A DNA stretch of 63,966 nucleotides from Hyphochytrium catenoides (taxonomy: Eukaryota > Protista > Hyphochytriomycota): assembly GCA_900088475.1 (NCBI GenBank), contig FLMG01000725.1, positions 11,030-74,995 on the forward strand, written 5' to 3'. Positions 34,402-46,520 of this stretch are shown piece by piece. A program made the position numbers and the translations under genes. Each line of letters starts with the position of its first letter. The stretch's first letter is position 1. Under the pieces are notes generated by a model that was given only the letters and a program-made list of their open reading frames with translations, had not been told where the DNA came from and did not search any database.

Positions 34402-37281
34402 ATAAACTTCTGTTGAAAAATCTTCTCTGATGGAGTCCAATACGGCCTGCCGTTCTCTCAGGTAATCTTTTAACAGGTCTACTCATGTGGAGAAGGCGAT
34501 GGTTTCGAACTTCTTTACCACGGTTTAGTGACTACTTACTGCTAAGCTATACTATCATACAAGTTGAGGCTGGGAGGGCTGGAAGGTATCGATGTTGAGC
34601 ACGTGGATGCCTGTGTTGAGGGCATCACTGCTTCAGCTGCTGGATGTGTGCCCTCTGAGGCTGTGCTGAACCGAGCTAAATGAGGAAGTGATGGGGTAAG
34701 AAGCTCCATCCTGCGGATATTATCACCAAGATCAAGCAAGACACCCAATAATGACTCTTAGAGGTCACACTACTAGTATATGGCTAAGCTTCTTGCGGTG
34801 CCAGTGATGCCGTAGGTCAGATCAAGGACGGCCTCCATTTTTGAGAAGTATGTTAGCTAGCAGGACACCAAGGAACCAGATTATGGCCCCTCGTGGTCAA
34901 AAGTTCATTGGCTCACAGTAGGAAACCGACAAGAACGGACAGGTTCAAGAGCAGGAGATCTACTAAATATCTAAACAACTGATGTGCCTGGATAAGCAAC
35001 CTCATACCTTTCTAGGAGACCTTCTCTCTTGATGCTTATCTTCCACTTTTGCTGTTCGTGCAATATCTAGCGTGGTCATTAGTATCTTCGATTAGTATCA
35101 TCCATATCAATCTTGATTCTATGCCGTCTTCTCCTTTGGGATAAGCACCATTCACGTCAACAAGCACATCAACAAAGGAAGCTGTGTACCACTGAGACTG
35201 TTGTTTTGGATGGCAAGATAGACTTTGGAAGAGACGCAATGGAAAGAGGTGATAAGCCTTTCCAAGCTAATCGGGTTTATAGGAAGAGTATGGCCCACTA
35301 CCTTTAGGAGAGAGAGAGGCCCAGAAAGTTGATTTGCAAGCAAATGTGTCATCAGTTATAGCGAGTCTGAAATCCTCTACCATCCGCAAGGACCAACACC
35401 TTCTCAGTTACATCGCCAGCGGAGGTAGTAACACCCCGACTGTAAGTTCATCCCATGGGCGTGTTACTCCCATGGGAGAGCTTTTGACGTCAGCAGCGGT
35501 ATTAGTACTACCGCTGTATTCTGGACTGGCAGAGCAGGCCAAACTCTGAGACTCATGGTATACTGTCAGGCTCAGCAAACAGCAGGACCTTTGTACCCTT
35601 GATCTGATTAATAGTCTCTGGACGCAGCAGCTCTGCTCCTGGTCTATCCAAATGTAGATGAGTCATAATGAAAACGAACCCTAGAGAAGTAGTTTGTCTT
35701 TCTCTTTGCTGCTTCGTCTTCAGCACCGATACGAGTAGAAACTCTATCAAGTCTACTACTTTCTTCCTTTGCAAGGCCGATCCTTCTAACCGTCAATAGT
35801 TGTCTGCATAATAAATGCTGATACTTATTTAGTACTAGCAATCAACAAGCAGTAGTTCTAAAAGGATTTCCACCACAAAGTGGTTCTACGCACTGCTGAG
35901 GGTGCAAACCTCGAAAGGCCTCGACTTGGTGACTTGGTCAATGAGAAAAGGAAGCAGAGACGGCGGAAGAAAGAAAGAACATGGTTCTTCTTCTTGATGT
36001 CAAAGAACCTACACCATCGACCCTGCAAGCTGCACACACTACCGTTGAACACTTTCTACTAGTAATAAGACCTTCTACAACTGTACATCAAATAACATGC
36101 CCTACAACTCAAACAACTGTTTTTCAGGGAACAAGTTTTTATGTTTTACAAAAAACGCGGCCAAACCAAAGTTTCCGCCTATGATTGGCATGCTGAAGGA
36201 GAGAAAGAAACATCCCAAAGGATTCACACTGCTGAAAGGTTTCCGTCTCTCTCTTGGCAACAGGATCGATAAGAATCAAAGCGCATGGTGCCTCATTGAT
36301 ACCACGATTTCTATAGGGCTTCATCCTTAGTTCTCTGAGTGCGATCATGAAGAGTTTTATTCATACTCATGATGCTGACAACATGGGTTGGACAAGGACG
36401 AGCGTCCAAGTCCAAAAGGCGAGAGAGAGCCAGAAGTACTGAATGCGCGTGACCATAGAGGATAGAGTTCTACATGCCACAGAGCGGAGGAGAGGAGGAA
36501 GAGGTGAGGATAAGCGGGAAGACAAGGACAGAAGAAAGAAAGGAGCGCATCTCGATGGAGGCCAAGAGCGGTAAAAAGATACAAGGAAGTTGAGGAGATG
36601 AGAGAGAGGGAAGGAATGGAAAGCCGCGCCTGAGCTATAACGAGGAAGGAAAAAGATACTAAAACCTGGCGTTCACTGCTGCCTGCTAGTGCATAGATTG
36701 AGATATAGCTTTCTTATTCCGTCATAGACGTCACCAACCAGCTCTTCCTCTCGGCCACAGTCTGCCTTGTTGCTCTTTGCTATTGCATCGATCTTGGAAA
36801 CAGGGCTTATGATCCAAGAAGCCTCAATGAAGGATAATGAGAGTGAACAATAAAAAGGTGGAGCAACGCCGAGCAGCAAACTTCTCGCCCGTAGTATAAG
36901 AAGACAAGGGAGCACTGAGGGCAGGAGCGAGAGTCTCTGATAGCGGTGATGCTCAGTCAGCTTGACCTCTCGAGCGCTGGCCAGTAATACGATCTCTGTG
37001 AATCGTTCCTTTATGACCTCAATCAAATGATTCATTATGGGCCCTCCATTCTCTTGCCCATCTGACACGGTGACCATGTAAGGGATTGCATCGCGCCACA
37101 AGAGACTTTGTCTGATTTCTCCACCTTATAGACAATATATCGGGGATGAGCGACCGATAGAGCGGCGCGATTATCATCTGCTGTCCCTCATCTCCTTCTT
37201 ATAGGTCGCCAAAAACTTCGAGCGTACCGCAGTCGGACAGCCGCCAGCCCAGTAACCGCCGTTTCTACTCATTAGGTTCCA

Positions 37282-39480
37282 ATGCTTACTTCTTCCCCTC
37301 TTACCAGGGCCGTAGCTGTGCTGCTGCAGTCCCTACTAGCGATGACGACTCTAGTTCCGATCTACTCAGCTTCAGCCTTTAGTACCGCCTCAGTGACAGA
37401 TAGTTTCCAAGATGCCGTAAAAGAGGTAGGAGGGATAATCACATCCATTACTAGCAAGTCTGAGTCATCCGATGTCACATTGTTGCCGGCCAATTTCGAG
37501 TCCAGCCTGACACAGATGCTCTTCCCTAGAGGAGTAACCCCTGGTATAGCGGCTCAGCTCTTCAGTGTAGGAGAGTGGATCCTAACAGTACTGAGTGGCA
37601 TTATCTTCTTGCAGTTGTTGAGACTGATGATGGTGGCTCGAATCCTTCACTTGCCGCGGACCTTGCGGCAGACAATCGTCACGGCCCAACGGATTACAGA
37701 GGGAATGGCGGGAGGTATTGGTAGCTTTGCCCGCTTGATCTACGAAATCCTGGCCGATTGCGGTCACAAAGGAGGAGACCGATCTCGCGTCACCGCTGTC
37801 GCCCCACTCGCGGCATATTTGCTGCTAATCGGCGGCATTATCCTCATAAATATCTCTCAGGTTTCTTTGAAGAATGTTCTTCTCACTGTTGAGAAGTCTG
37901 GAACTGTCTCCCTCCCCACGGCTGGCTGGCTGCTAAACGGCTCCCTGGCAGACAGTACCATTGCAGAGAAGCAGAAAACGCTCCTGGTTAGCATTGCAGA
38001 GACTACCGGGGGCGGCTACGCTGTCACAGATGTCCGAAGACTCTGGGCAGCCCTCAATCCTAATGGATATAATGCAGACTTTGGTCTCTATGTGAAGGAC
38101 GGGGTCATTTGCCTGAGGCCAACCAAGGGACTGCCCCCACAAAAGGATGTACAGTTTGAGAGTATCGCGTACTGCGAAGGCTTCACGGCCAGTTGCTCTG
38201 CCCTGCAGGGCATGAAGGTCAAGGTTATGCCTGGAACTGACAGGATCCAATTGATTGGGGCAAATCGTCCTCCGTATATTACCGATGACGAACTCTGGAG
38301 CTCCACGATAACGAACATATCTTTCCCTGGAACAACCAGCGACTTCTTTGCTTGGTACGGTGCGTCCACCGACGGAAACCCGCAAGGCATTGGAATCCGT
38401 GAGGTGCCCGAGACCATCAGTGGACTCGTCGTCTCGTCCTGGACTCTGTCACTATCTGAGGAGGAGATCAAGACGGTTATGGGAGGGAAGAAGATTCTTG
38501 ATAACGTATTGGACCGCTCCGCCGAGAGCATCACCTTGAAGGGGGAAACACTGCTGCCTGGTGGAGGCTTTGCCTACAGGCGGCTGGCTCTGGATGGCGG
38601 TAAGTCGCCAGTCTACGGAATGTGGGCTGGACAATGTGACTTGAAGCTGAGACGAGGGCACATGGCTCCGGACAAGCCAAACAATGAGCTTCCCGTCGTA
38701 AGAAACTGGACTCTGCGGAACAGTGAGCTGCTAGATAAAAATCTTGTGCTCGGCGTCTCTTCATCTCTACCAACAGAAAGTCTGCGAGATTCAGATGGCG
38801 AAGGACGATCTTTGTCCGCCCTCAGGGTCGCTGTGACTGCTGACAGCTCACAGGGAAAGAACCTGGTCGGCTTAAACGGGAAAGTGACGGCTGAAAGAGT
38901 TCTGGCTCGCGGTGTATCCTCCTGGCTCTTCGCGCTCTCTTCGGGTCAACCTGGGCAGGATATTGACACTACGGCCAAGTGGGAGGTCAGGGAGCCTCGA
39001 CTTCTGGCAAATATGCTTTGGGCAACGGTGGGTCTGGGTCTCTACGTTCTCTTGGCTTGCGTGACCTTGGTCTTATGGCTCTATGCACGCTTCGGACGTT
39101 ATGGCGGGAACATGGTAGAGCTGTCTTACGCCCGACAGATGACCGAGAACTGCACCTCCGTGTGGGGGCTTGTTCGAGGTATTGTTCTCCTAGCACCAGC
39201 CTCTCCTCTGCATGACACTACTGAGGGCGAACCAAAGACTGAACTCCGCCAAAGACGGGATGGTGGATGGGAGGAAGAACGTGGGAACAGAGAAGATTGT
39301 GATCGCCCTCCTCTGCGACCTGTACAGGAAGGAATGATGGCTTTGGACAGCGAAAAGGCCGTTCTTCGCGAGGCGAAGGACTGGGATTGTCAGCCTGTGG
39401 TGCTGACCTGTGAAGATAAATATGAATCGCGTCAGGTTGCCGCTATAAAGCTCCAGAGACGATACCCGTTCCAGCACTAG
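37282..39480 (+). CDS. Orphan 732-aa membrane protein: signal-like N-terminus, two TMs, large loop, C-terminal TM
   Basis: 2.2-kb uninterrupted ORF. Hydrophobic segments at about aa 10-30, 93-120, 172-195 and 578-601. Cys residues in the loop (YCEGFTASC, GQCDL). Confidence 0.8.
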   Translation: MLTSSPLTRAVAVLLQSLLAMTTLVPIYSASAFSTASVTDSFQDAVKEVGGIITSITSKSESSDVTLLPANFESSLTQMLFPRGVTPGIAAQLFSVGEWILTVLSGIIFLQLLRLMMVARILHLPRTLRQTIVTAQRITEGMAGGIGSFARLIYEILADCGHKGGDRSRVTAVAPLAAYLLLIGGIILINISQVSLKNVLLTVEKSGTVSLPTAGWLLNGSLADSTIAEKQKTLLVSIAETTGGGYAVTDVRRLWAALNPNGYNADFGLYVKDGVICLRPTKGLPPQKDVQFESIAYCEGFTASCSALQGMKVKVMPGTDRIQLIGANRPPYITDDELWSSTITNISFPGTTSDFFAWYGASTDGNPQGIGIREVPETISGLVVSSWTLSLSEEEIKTVMGGKKILDNVLDRSAESITLKGETLLPGGGFAYRRLALDGGKSPVYGMWAGQCDLKLRRGHMAPDKPNNELPVVRNWTLRNSELLDKNLVLGVSSSLPTESLRDSDGEGRSLSALRVAVTADSSQGKNLVGLNGKVTAERVLARGVSSWLFALSSGQPGQDIDTTAKWEVREPRLLANMLWATVGLGLYVLLACVTLVLWLYARFGRYGGNMVELSYARQMTENCTSVWGLVRGIVLLAPASPLHDTTEGEPKTELRQRRDGGWEEERGNREDCDRPPLRPVQEGMMALDSEKAVLREAKDWDCQPVVLTCEDKYESRQVAAIKLQRRYPFQH

Positions 39481-41955
39481 GATGCAAAGAAACTCTGCAT
39501 GAAGAGCGTGGACAGTATCCTGAGGGCGATAGTAAAAGAAAGGGCAGAAGGGGAGATTGAGACACAAGCAGAGGAGAGATTGGGAGAGCAAGGTAGATCT
39601 ATATATATACAGAGAGAGACAGAGAGAGAGAGTGAAACACTGTGCGACATTTGTCTTCACCACTGTTATCGTCTAATTTGCTTCCTTTCTATAAACTGCT
39701 TTGATGCATCTCTGTACACTACCGCACCACTAAACAATAAGAGAAGAAGAGAAAGCTGGAAGTAAACAACGCAATTGTTACGAAGGGAAGAAGATTAACA
39801 AGGAAGAAGCAAAAGTGTTGAAGACGCCGCCAGCGCCCGGTAGAAGAGAAGAATCTAAATGAGAAACGCTGCTCATGGATCTGTCAAAAGAAGAAAGCAT
39901 CGTCACACAACGACGATGCTAAGACTCTTGTTGCTGAACAGTCACTTGGAGGAAGCTACTATGATGAGTCTATTGCCGTGGGTCCGGCTAGTAAAACGGC
40001 AAGAGAATTGTGACACGATAACCTGAATAAACCTGGCTCTTCGTGAAAGACTACCACCAGCCTCTTCGCTGCTGCTGCGTGTCTTTTATTACCGTTTTGA
40101 TGAGGAGAAGTGACAGGAGGTGATCGAAAAGGCTGCAACGGCGACCAGAAAGAATTCACAGCCTACGACACCGGCGGCAAGGGAAGAAAGGTAGCCCCGT
40201 GAGCAACAGATGATAGGAGGAGGACATGTCTGGACGAAGCGGGGCTTTGGATTTTATGTTATGATTAACCTCATTGAAGGGGTTAGTATTCAGTTCTTGT
40301 TAGTTAGCTTAGTCCTTGTTGTGAGTAGTTAGTCGTAGAGTTAGGACACGACGGCGATTACTGACGGGCCAAAAGCCTCCTCCAGCTTGACCTAGTTAGG
40401 CGGCAAGGAGAGCTCCGAGGTTAGTAATGTCAAGCGCCAGTTTGATTCCCCAGCCAGAGGCCTATTATTCATCTGCATGCTCTGTCACTTCATCCGGGTG
40501 AGCAGAAGGAAAACAAGCGAGCTCATCGACCGGAGGGCAACGGGCCCAGACGACTTTGGCGACTTGCAAGCGTGCAGAAACGTTCATTCGGCAATAGCCT
40601 TCTTCTTTGCTCCCTTCCTCTTCTTCCTGGAGGTCTCATATGATGGCGCCGGTGGACAGAAAAATATTCGGCAGCGTTGACTAGTGGGGTGAAGATAATA
40701 GCAGAAGAAAAAGAAGCAGAATCAAGGCTATCGCCACCATCGACAGCTTTATGTCTCACGAGGAAAGAAGCGCACAAATACTTTACCAAGACTGGAGGAG
40801 CACCGCGGGGGTGCTGTTGAAGACCGTCTTGATGAAGGTCTGAATTAATGGAGCTATGGGCTCTCCTCGCATGTGACAAAAGCCGAGCAGCATAATATGC
40901 CGCTGAACTGCCTGCCAATGAGGGCTCGATCTTCACTGCAGCATTATTGCGATGCCCCTATGTTTGGAAGAGGTAGTGAATGGGATCAGGCTAGCGTCAG
41001 CCAACCGTCCGAGCTTAGTGTTCATCAACAAAATGAGCATCTCGCGAGGGCGTAGTACTCCTATTTGAAAGATATCTCGTCCTCTATAAAAGCAAATAAA
41101 TCCAGAAATGATCGAAATGGGACGGTGGAACATCCAGGGAGGGTATTAGGTTTTCCTGGCGCGGTTGATGGGGCTGGCCTCCTCGGTCACTTTCAGATTT
41201 CCTCGGTCGGCCTCAGCCTCAGCCGCCAGCTCAGAATCTAAACACAGCGGCAACGGATAAAAGAAGCACACCTCACTAGACCTATGCGCTGCTGCAGAAC
41301 AATCTACCGCCCTCTTCTGTGAAAGCAAATAATCCAAAAATGATTGGAATGGCACAGCCACGATGGTACCATCATTGACTTCACCAATCCGTTGCCGCTT
41401 ATTCAAAGAGTCCCTCTGGCCTTTCCCGTCGTGGAGAACAGCTAATTGTAGCTTTTATAAATAAGGAGCCATCACCTGCGAAAAGTCAGTAACTCCCGAT
41501 GCTCCGGCCACGGCAGGGAGGCCTTTGCTGAAGGCATTCGCCCCTACAAGTTGTTAAGGTAGGGACAGGTGGAAGCGGTAGCTGCAGTAGTGGTCAGGGG
41601 TACTCTGCATCGTTTAATCTCGTGAAGGATCTTGTGTCCTTAGCTGTCTGTGCATCCCTAGCCAGAAGGTCCTGAAGGGGCATTAAGAAAACAAGCATGA
41701 TGCATGGAACGTCGTATAGATGTTGGACGATAATCTCCTTCATGTGCGGCTTACAGGTTTGGGTGCGCGTCTATGGTGACCCCAAAATGAAAGTATACTT
41801 ATAAAGAGTGCTGGCTTCTGTCTCTGTTATCTTCTTTTCGCCATCTCCTGAGCATTGGCATCGCGTGATACGGTTTGGAAGCCATTCAAAAGCCTGAGGT
41901 GTCCACAGGAGGGGTGCCAGGATATAGCCTGCAGCAGTTCCTATGCTGTACATAC

Positions 41956-42519
41956 TACAGGCTGATCTGGTGTAAAAGCTGTATATTCCGTCCACAGTAC
42001 GGTCCCTGTGCCGTGTCGAACGCTCCAATACACAGACCATAAGAACAACTCTTCACTATCTTGGATATAGTTTGTCCCCATTTACAATTAAGTGAGTTTT
42101 CGACTGATTCGTAATATATTGCTATTTGCTGTTACAATTCCAAATGCCTAAAAATACCCTACAGTAATAAATGACAGACATGAAATATTCAGACTTTATC
42201 ACCTCTATCTTTCCCAAAAATGCAGATACGGAAATGAAACTCGGCATAGTGGCTAATCTCATTGGGGGAAAGCGATTGACGAGGGCACTTTGTCATAGTT
42301 CATAATTTCAACCTCTCAGGAAGAAAGATTCAAAAGATTCAAAAAGTGAAACTTTCGAGATCACCTGGAAGGAAGCCAAAACAGAACGAAGTGCCTTCGT
42401 GAATCAATAGAGCATACCAAATTAGGGGGCTATGCAAGGTTTCAGCTTGATTGAGTAAGTTTTGACAAAACTATCACAGGTGGAAGGAAAGTACAAAGTT
42501 TACACCAGATCAGCCTGTA
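41956..42519. mobile_element. Non-autonomous TIR DNA transposon (MITE), Tc1/mariner-like
   Basis: Perfect 19-bp TIRs CAGGCTGATCTGGTGTAAA (41958-41976) and TTTACACCAGATCAGCCTG (42499-42517), extending imperfectly to about 38 bp. TA on both flanks. AT-rich non-coding interior; 560 bp. Confidence 0.85.
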
Positions 42520-43112
42520 GCAGTTCCTATGCTGCCTTGTTGACAGGGAGCTCGGTCAGACCCTTGCACTTCCAAAGGCCTCTTAGGATAGCATCGCCAT
42601 TTCTTTAGCCTCAAAAGACTTAGTCTTCCCAAGGGAGTGCTGAGGGAGAAATTCTGTCTCGCCCTCTAGTATGCGTCGTAGCCGTATTGTTGCTAGTAGG
42701 CCAGATCTGGACCATCTTCCTCCTCACGCCTACGTTCTGGTCCAGTCAAGGAGAAGCTGGGAAAGCAGAGGAGGACAACTTCAGCTCCTCGCCCTGCCTG
42801 GTCGAGAAAGCGGCGGAGTGGTTAAGTGTTACAATTGCCAGCAGAGGAAGACTGTTTGTCCGACTCTATCTCATGGGTGGCCTGGGGATATCTTTCACCA
42901 CCACCCAGACATGCAGGCGTCGCTCCGTCAGAACCTGTCTCCCACACGACGACGTCACTGCGTGGGGTAGCGTACGTGGTCCTGAAGGTAACAGTTACCA
43001 TCACTGAGGGCGACAAGAGCAGGACTCTTTCTGTATGAATTGCTCTCGAGTCTAAGGAATTTTGGTCAGTGAAAGGACGAGCATGCCTGGATTAAAAACC
43101 GGCAGTAAATGG

Positions 43113-44330
43113 TTAAGTCGATTGATAAGAGGTAGGCCGAGGATCAAAAACATGCAATGCGCCATTGAACTCATTGTACGATCGAGGTACATCTATATGC
43201 TCTACACATCGTAAAGGCTGCTTCAGCGTTGAACCGATGATGGAAAATAGGGAAGTGCCAGGAGGAGCAACTATAACAATATCGCGCTCGTGGAGGGATA
43301 CTATATTGTCCATCATGCCAAGACCTATTACGTGCCGCCACGGCAGGCGCTTTCGGATAGCAGCAACAGCACCGCCGCCGCCACTGGCGACCACGGCGGC
43401 GAAGCTGCCCCGACCACCGCCACTTAACTTCGGAGTGGCCCTTATCACGCCGGAGAGCGTACTAAAGAAAGTTGCCATTACTCCGATAGTCATTAAGTCG
43501 AGCAGCGCTCGGGCATTTTTAAGAAGGCCAATTGGGATGCAGTTGCAATGGATCTGCTGAGTGAACTAGGGATCAGTATTAACGGCTTGGATGAACATTG
43601 GGTGTGCCTCAATGCTATGTATGACTCCGTCATGGTGAAGAAGAGCTGCATCGGTGCACCCATATTTTTTCACGAGTACTGGGGAACTCATCTCTACCAT
43701 CCAACAGCTAAACGGATGCCCTATCTGACCGAATGTCGAACAGTCTATGTTTCTGCATATAAACATGTCTGCTCTGAGGTGATTCTATTCAACGACAGAT
43801 ATCTGTATCGCGGTCATCGCCTTACCTATTATCGTGACAGGGCTCGAGTCCTGACACTCCCACGCATAATTTGCTTCAGTGACGGGCTATCAGCGCTGGA
43901 CGAGTACATATACGGCCTTCTTGGAACTGTAGTGCCGCGGCGTGCTCTAGTGGTCATTTTGATAGTTCTGAAGGTTGCTCTGAGCGTTCCCCAAGCAGAA
44001 GCCATCCTCAATCATCATGTCCTGGGACCTTTGTCATCAGCTGACCCGCAGCTCGATCAGATATTCCTCGTCTTAGTGCTACATGACGCCATTTAAGTCA
44101 AGGGCACCATCAGTAATAAGCTCTCTCCTGCTCTCACTCGCTTTTAGGCAAGCAATTCCGTTCTGAACGGTGTAGCCGCTGTCTTGCTGGGAAGAGCCAT
44201 TCTTAGTGCGGTAACCCTGGGGGTGGTGTCCTAGATTCTCAGATTGCCTTTTCAGGCTTGGCAATGTGATTGGCAGCGGTGCTGCTGGGAGTGGCCTCTT
44301 GTCACTAATTGCAAGGTTGATGAGTAACAC
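43113..44330 (-). pseudogene. Probable decayed gene of unknown family
   Basis: ORFs 44079-44330, 43566-43766 and 43113-43493 are all in one minus-strand frame with only scattered stops between them. The + ORF 43548-44096 may be its antisense shadow. Confidence 0.3.
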
Positions 44331-44824
44331 ATTCCCTGAAGCCCATTATCCCATAACCCGAATGTCCATGTAAAGACTACTTTGACCAATATCGAAGAAG
44401 AGAGGAGGTTCCTTTCCCTCCTGCCTTGATGAAAGCGGGAAGCATGAGAGTAGGGAGAAAAAGAAAGGTCTTTGCAACTTCCTTTGTCATCCTGTGTTTG
44501 AGCAAACCCTTCACTTCGTTAAATGCGTTCACTTCGTTTAGGGATGACGCTCGTCAAAGATATGCGTAGTAATGATCCACCAGATGATCAGATGGCTGCA
44601 TCATTGTTCGAACAATCCATTGCCTATTATCAGCCATTCTTGCCCCCTAGGACTCTCAACGTAAGGAATTTATCTACCTCTGAGAAGCAAGGCGTGAGTA
44701 GGGTCATCCTCCGACGATACATAGGCGATGCTCTCCTCTTTTTTACCGATTTGGTGCGGGCATTACGTTTAGTTTACGCTGGTACTCTGTTAGACATGAC
44801 CTTTCTTATGCCAAGCATCAGGGG

Positions 44825-45944
44825 CTAGGCTGTTGTCATATCCCTGAACTTCTGTTCTTGGGCGCGAAGGAAGGTTAGGATTGCTGGGTGGCTATTCTCA
44901 ACGTTTTCCAGGTAAGCCAGAATCTCAGGGTATTTCTCATAGATTTTTCTGAGTGATTGCCCAGGGATGGCTCCTCCATAGAGGACAAATCTATGGAACA
45001 TCAAGAGGGACAGGTCCGCGATGGTGAGCTGGGGAAACAGAGAGGACGGGCATAAGATGAGCGGTTTTTGGCCTTGTAAAAGGTGAGAGGCATAGTTAAC
45101 CTTATCCCCGACTGCAAAGCCTGTATCTCCGTTCCTTTTAAGAAGTCTCTGAAGCTTCTTCAGTATTGTTGGAAGTGTTCCGTCTACTACCTCCTGGATC
45201 CTTTGTGCCTGCAGCAGGGTTGAGATAGAAAGGCAAGAAGCAATAGCACGACGAAGAGTCAGCCAGGTCAGTCAGAGATACGAACTAGAGAAAAAGAGAC
45301 ACATATTCCACTCATTCACCTTATGCGCCGGGTCCTCGTCTGGACTAGAGGGTAGCCAAACAGCACGGATCACATCTCCAGAGGCATCAACGTTAAAGTC
45401 AAGTACTTCATCAACCTTAGCAGCCTTCCAGGCGTCATCTTCTGGGTACAAAGCAGCTCTTCGACCAACCCAGCGCAGTATCGCCATAGACTGAGCTAAT
45501 GCTTCATCATTAACTTCTAGTAGAGGGAGCTGGTCATAAGGAACTTTGCCACCTGTAGGAGATGCAGCACCACTTTGGTCACGCAACCGCTTGTCATCAG
45601 CAGGAAAGTGTTAAACATAACGGTAGTTCTCTACTCCAGAAGAGTAGCTGGGATCACTTTTAGCGGTGACAGCAAGAGGTAATGAAAGGAGGTAGTAGAT
45701 ACGGGGCAGGAAGAAGGGAGTGGCAGTTTATCTTACAAGCTTTCATGGACTCGAACTCTGGTCTTGTTAGACCGACAAAGGTATATGGGATATTTCCAAT
45801 GTCGAGAGCCATCCGTATGGGGTCCGCTCTTCCAGCAGGGCCTGTATGGTGATATAGCTTGATCTCCTCATGAGCCCTTGCACGGCTACTTGTCGGCGTG
45901 GTACTGCGGCCGGCCAATTCTTTCTGCACGTTGGTAGAGTCCAT
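44825..45944 (-). CDS. Glutathione S-transferase, sigma-like (4 exons, about 250 aa)
   Basis: Exons 45944-45737, 45552-45320, 45208-45101 and 45028-44825, all GT-AG and in frame. Motifs GRADPIRMAL, PYDQLPLLEV, LAQSMAILRWVG, FAVGDKLTIADL and EKYPEI. Confidence 0.92.
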
Positions 45945-46329
45945 AGTCTTTGATAATAAGAAGAACCGAATGCGACCTTTTCTCGCGCAGGCTTGCCTAT
46001 CCTGCGTTTTCTAATGGAAAAATAGCGACGAATGATAAGATCATCCAATCAAGACAACCAGTACAAGTACAGCTTTTCAAGGAAGGACTGTGCCTGACTC
46101 AGGGATACAAGCCTAGGAACCTGGTCTATCTCGCTATTTTCCGATCTCGCAGATTCAGTTTTGTGTCACTTCAGACCCATTCCCTCCAGCAGATCTTTGG
46201 AGGCGACCAGGGCTCTTCGGGCAGCGAATGCTTGATCCTGATTACTTAGCACTCATCATCGATTGGCGTGGTGTGGTTCTGCAGTCAGCAGTTGGCAGAG
46301 TAGTAGCCTTCTTCGAGGGAAGAGGGAAA

Positions 46330-46520
46330 GAATGGGCCTGTGAGAGACGATACGGCCCCAAAAGGGAGAGAATGGGTGTGTGAGAGACGATACGCCTGTG
46401 AGAGACGATACGGCGCCAAATAAAGGTTGTAGAATGCCGTTTTCGTGACAAAGCCAAAGATAATGGTAGCTTATTAGCATCGCCAGAATGCCGTTCTCGT
46501 GACAAAGCCAAAGAATGACC
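46330..46520. repeat. Two sets of local direct repeats
   Basis: Three copies of TGTGAGAGACGATACG (about 46339-46411) and two copies of AGAATGCCGTTYTCGTGACAAAGCCAAAGA (about 46431 and 46485). Confidence 0.85.

Noticed and set aside
36673-37101. 142-aa minus-strand ORF, and similarly 40523-40936
   Set aside because: No recognisable motif or supporting exon structure.
43113-44330. Stop-codon reassignment as an explanation for interrupted frames
   Set aside because: Intact genes in the window end with TAA, TAG and TGA, and all three stops interrupt this frame.
44940-44975. Apparent frameshift in the last exon of the sigma GST
   Set aside because: Recounting the A5 run shows the frame is intact (IPGQSLRKIYEKYP).
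46330-46520. CRISPR-like repeats
   Set aside because: Few copies, irregular short spacers, no cas genes and a eukaryotic context.
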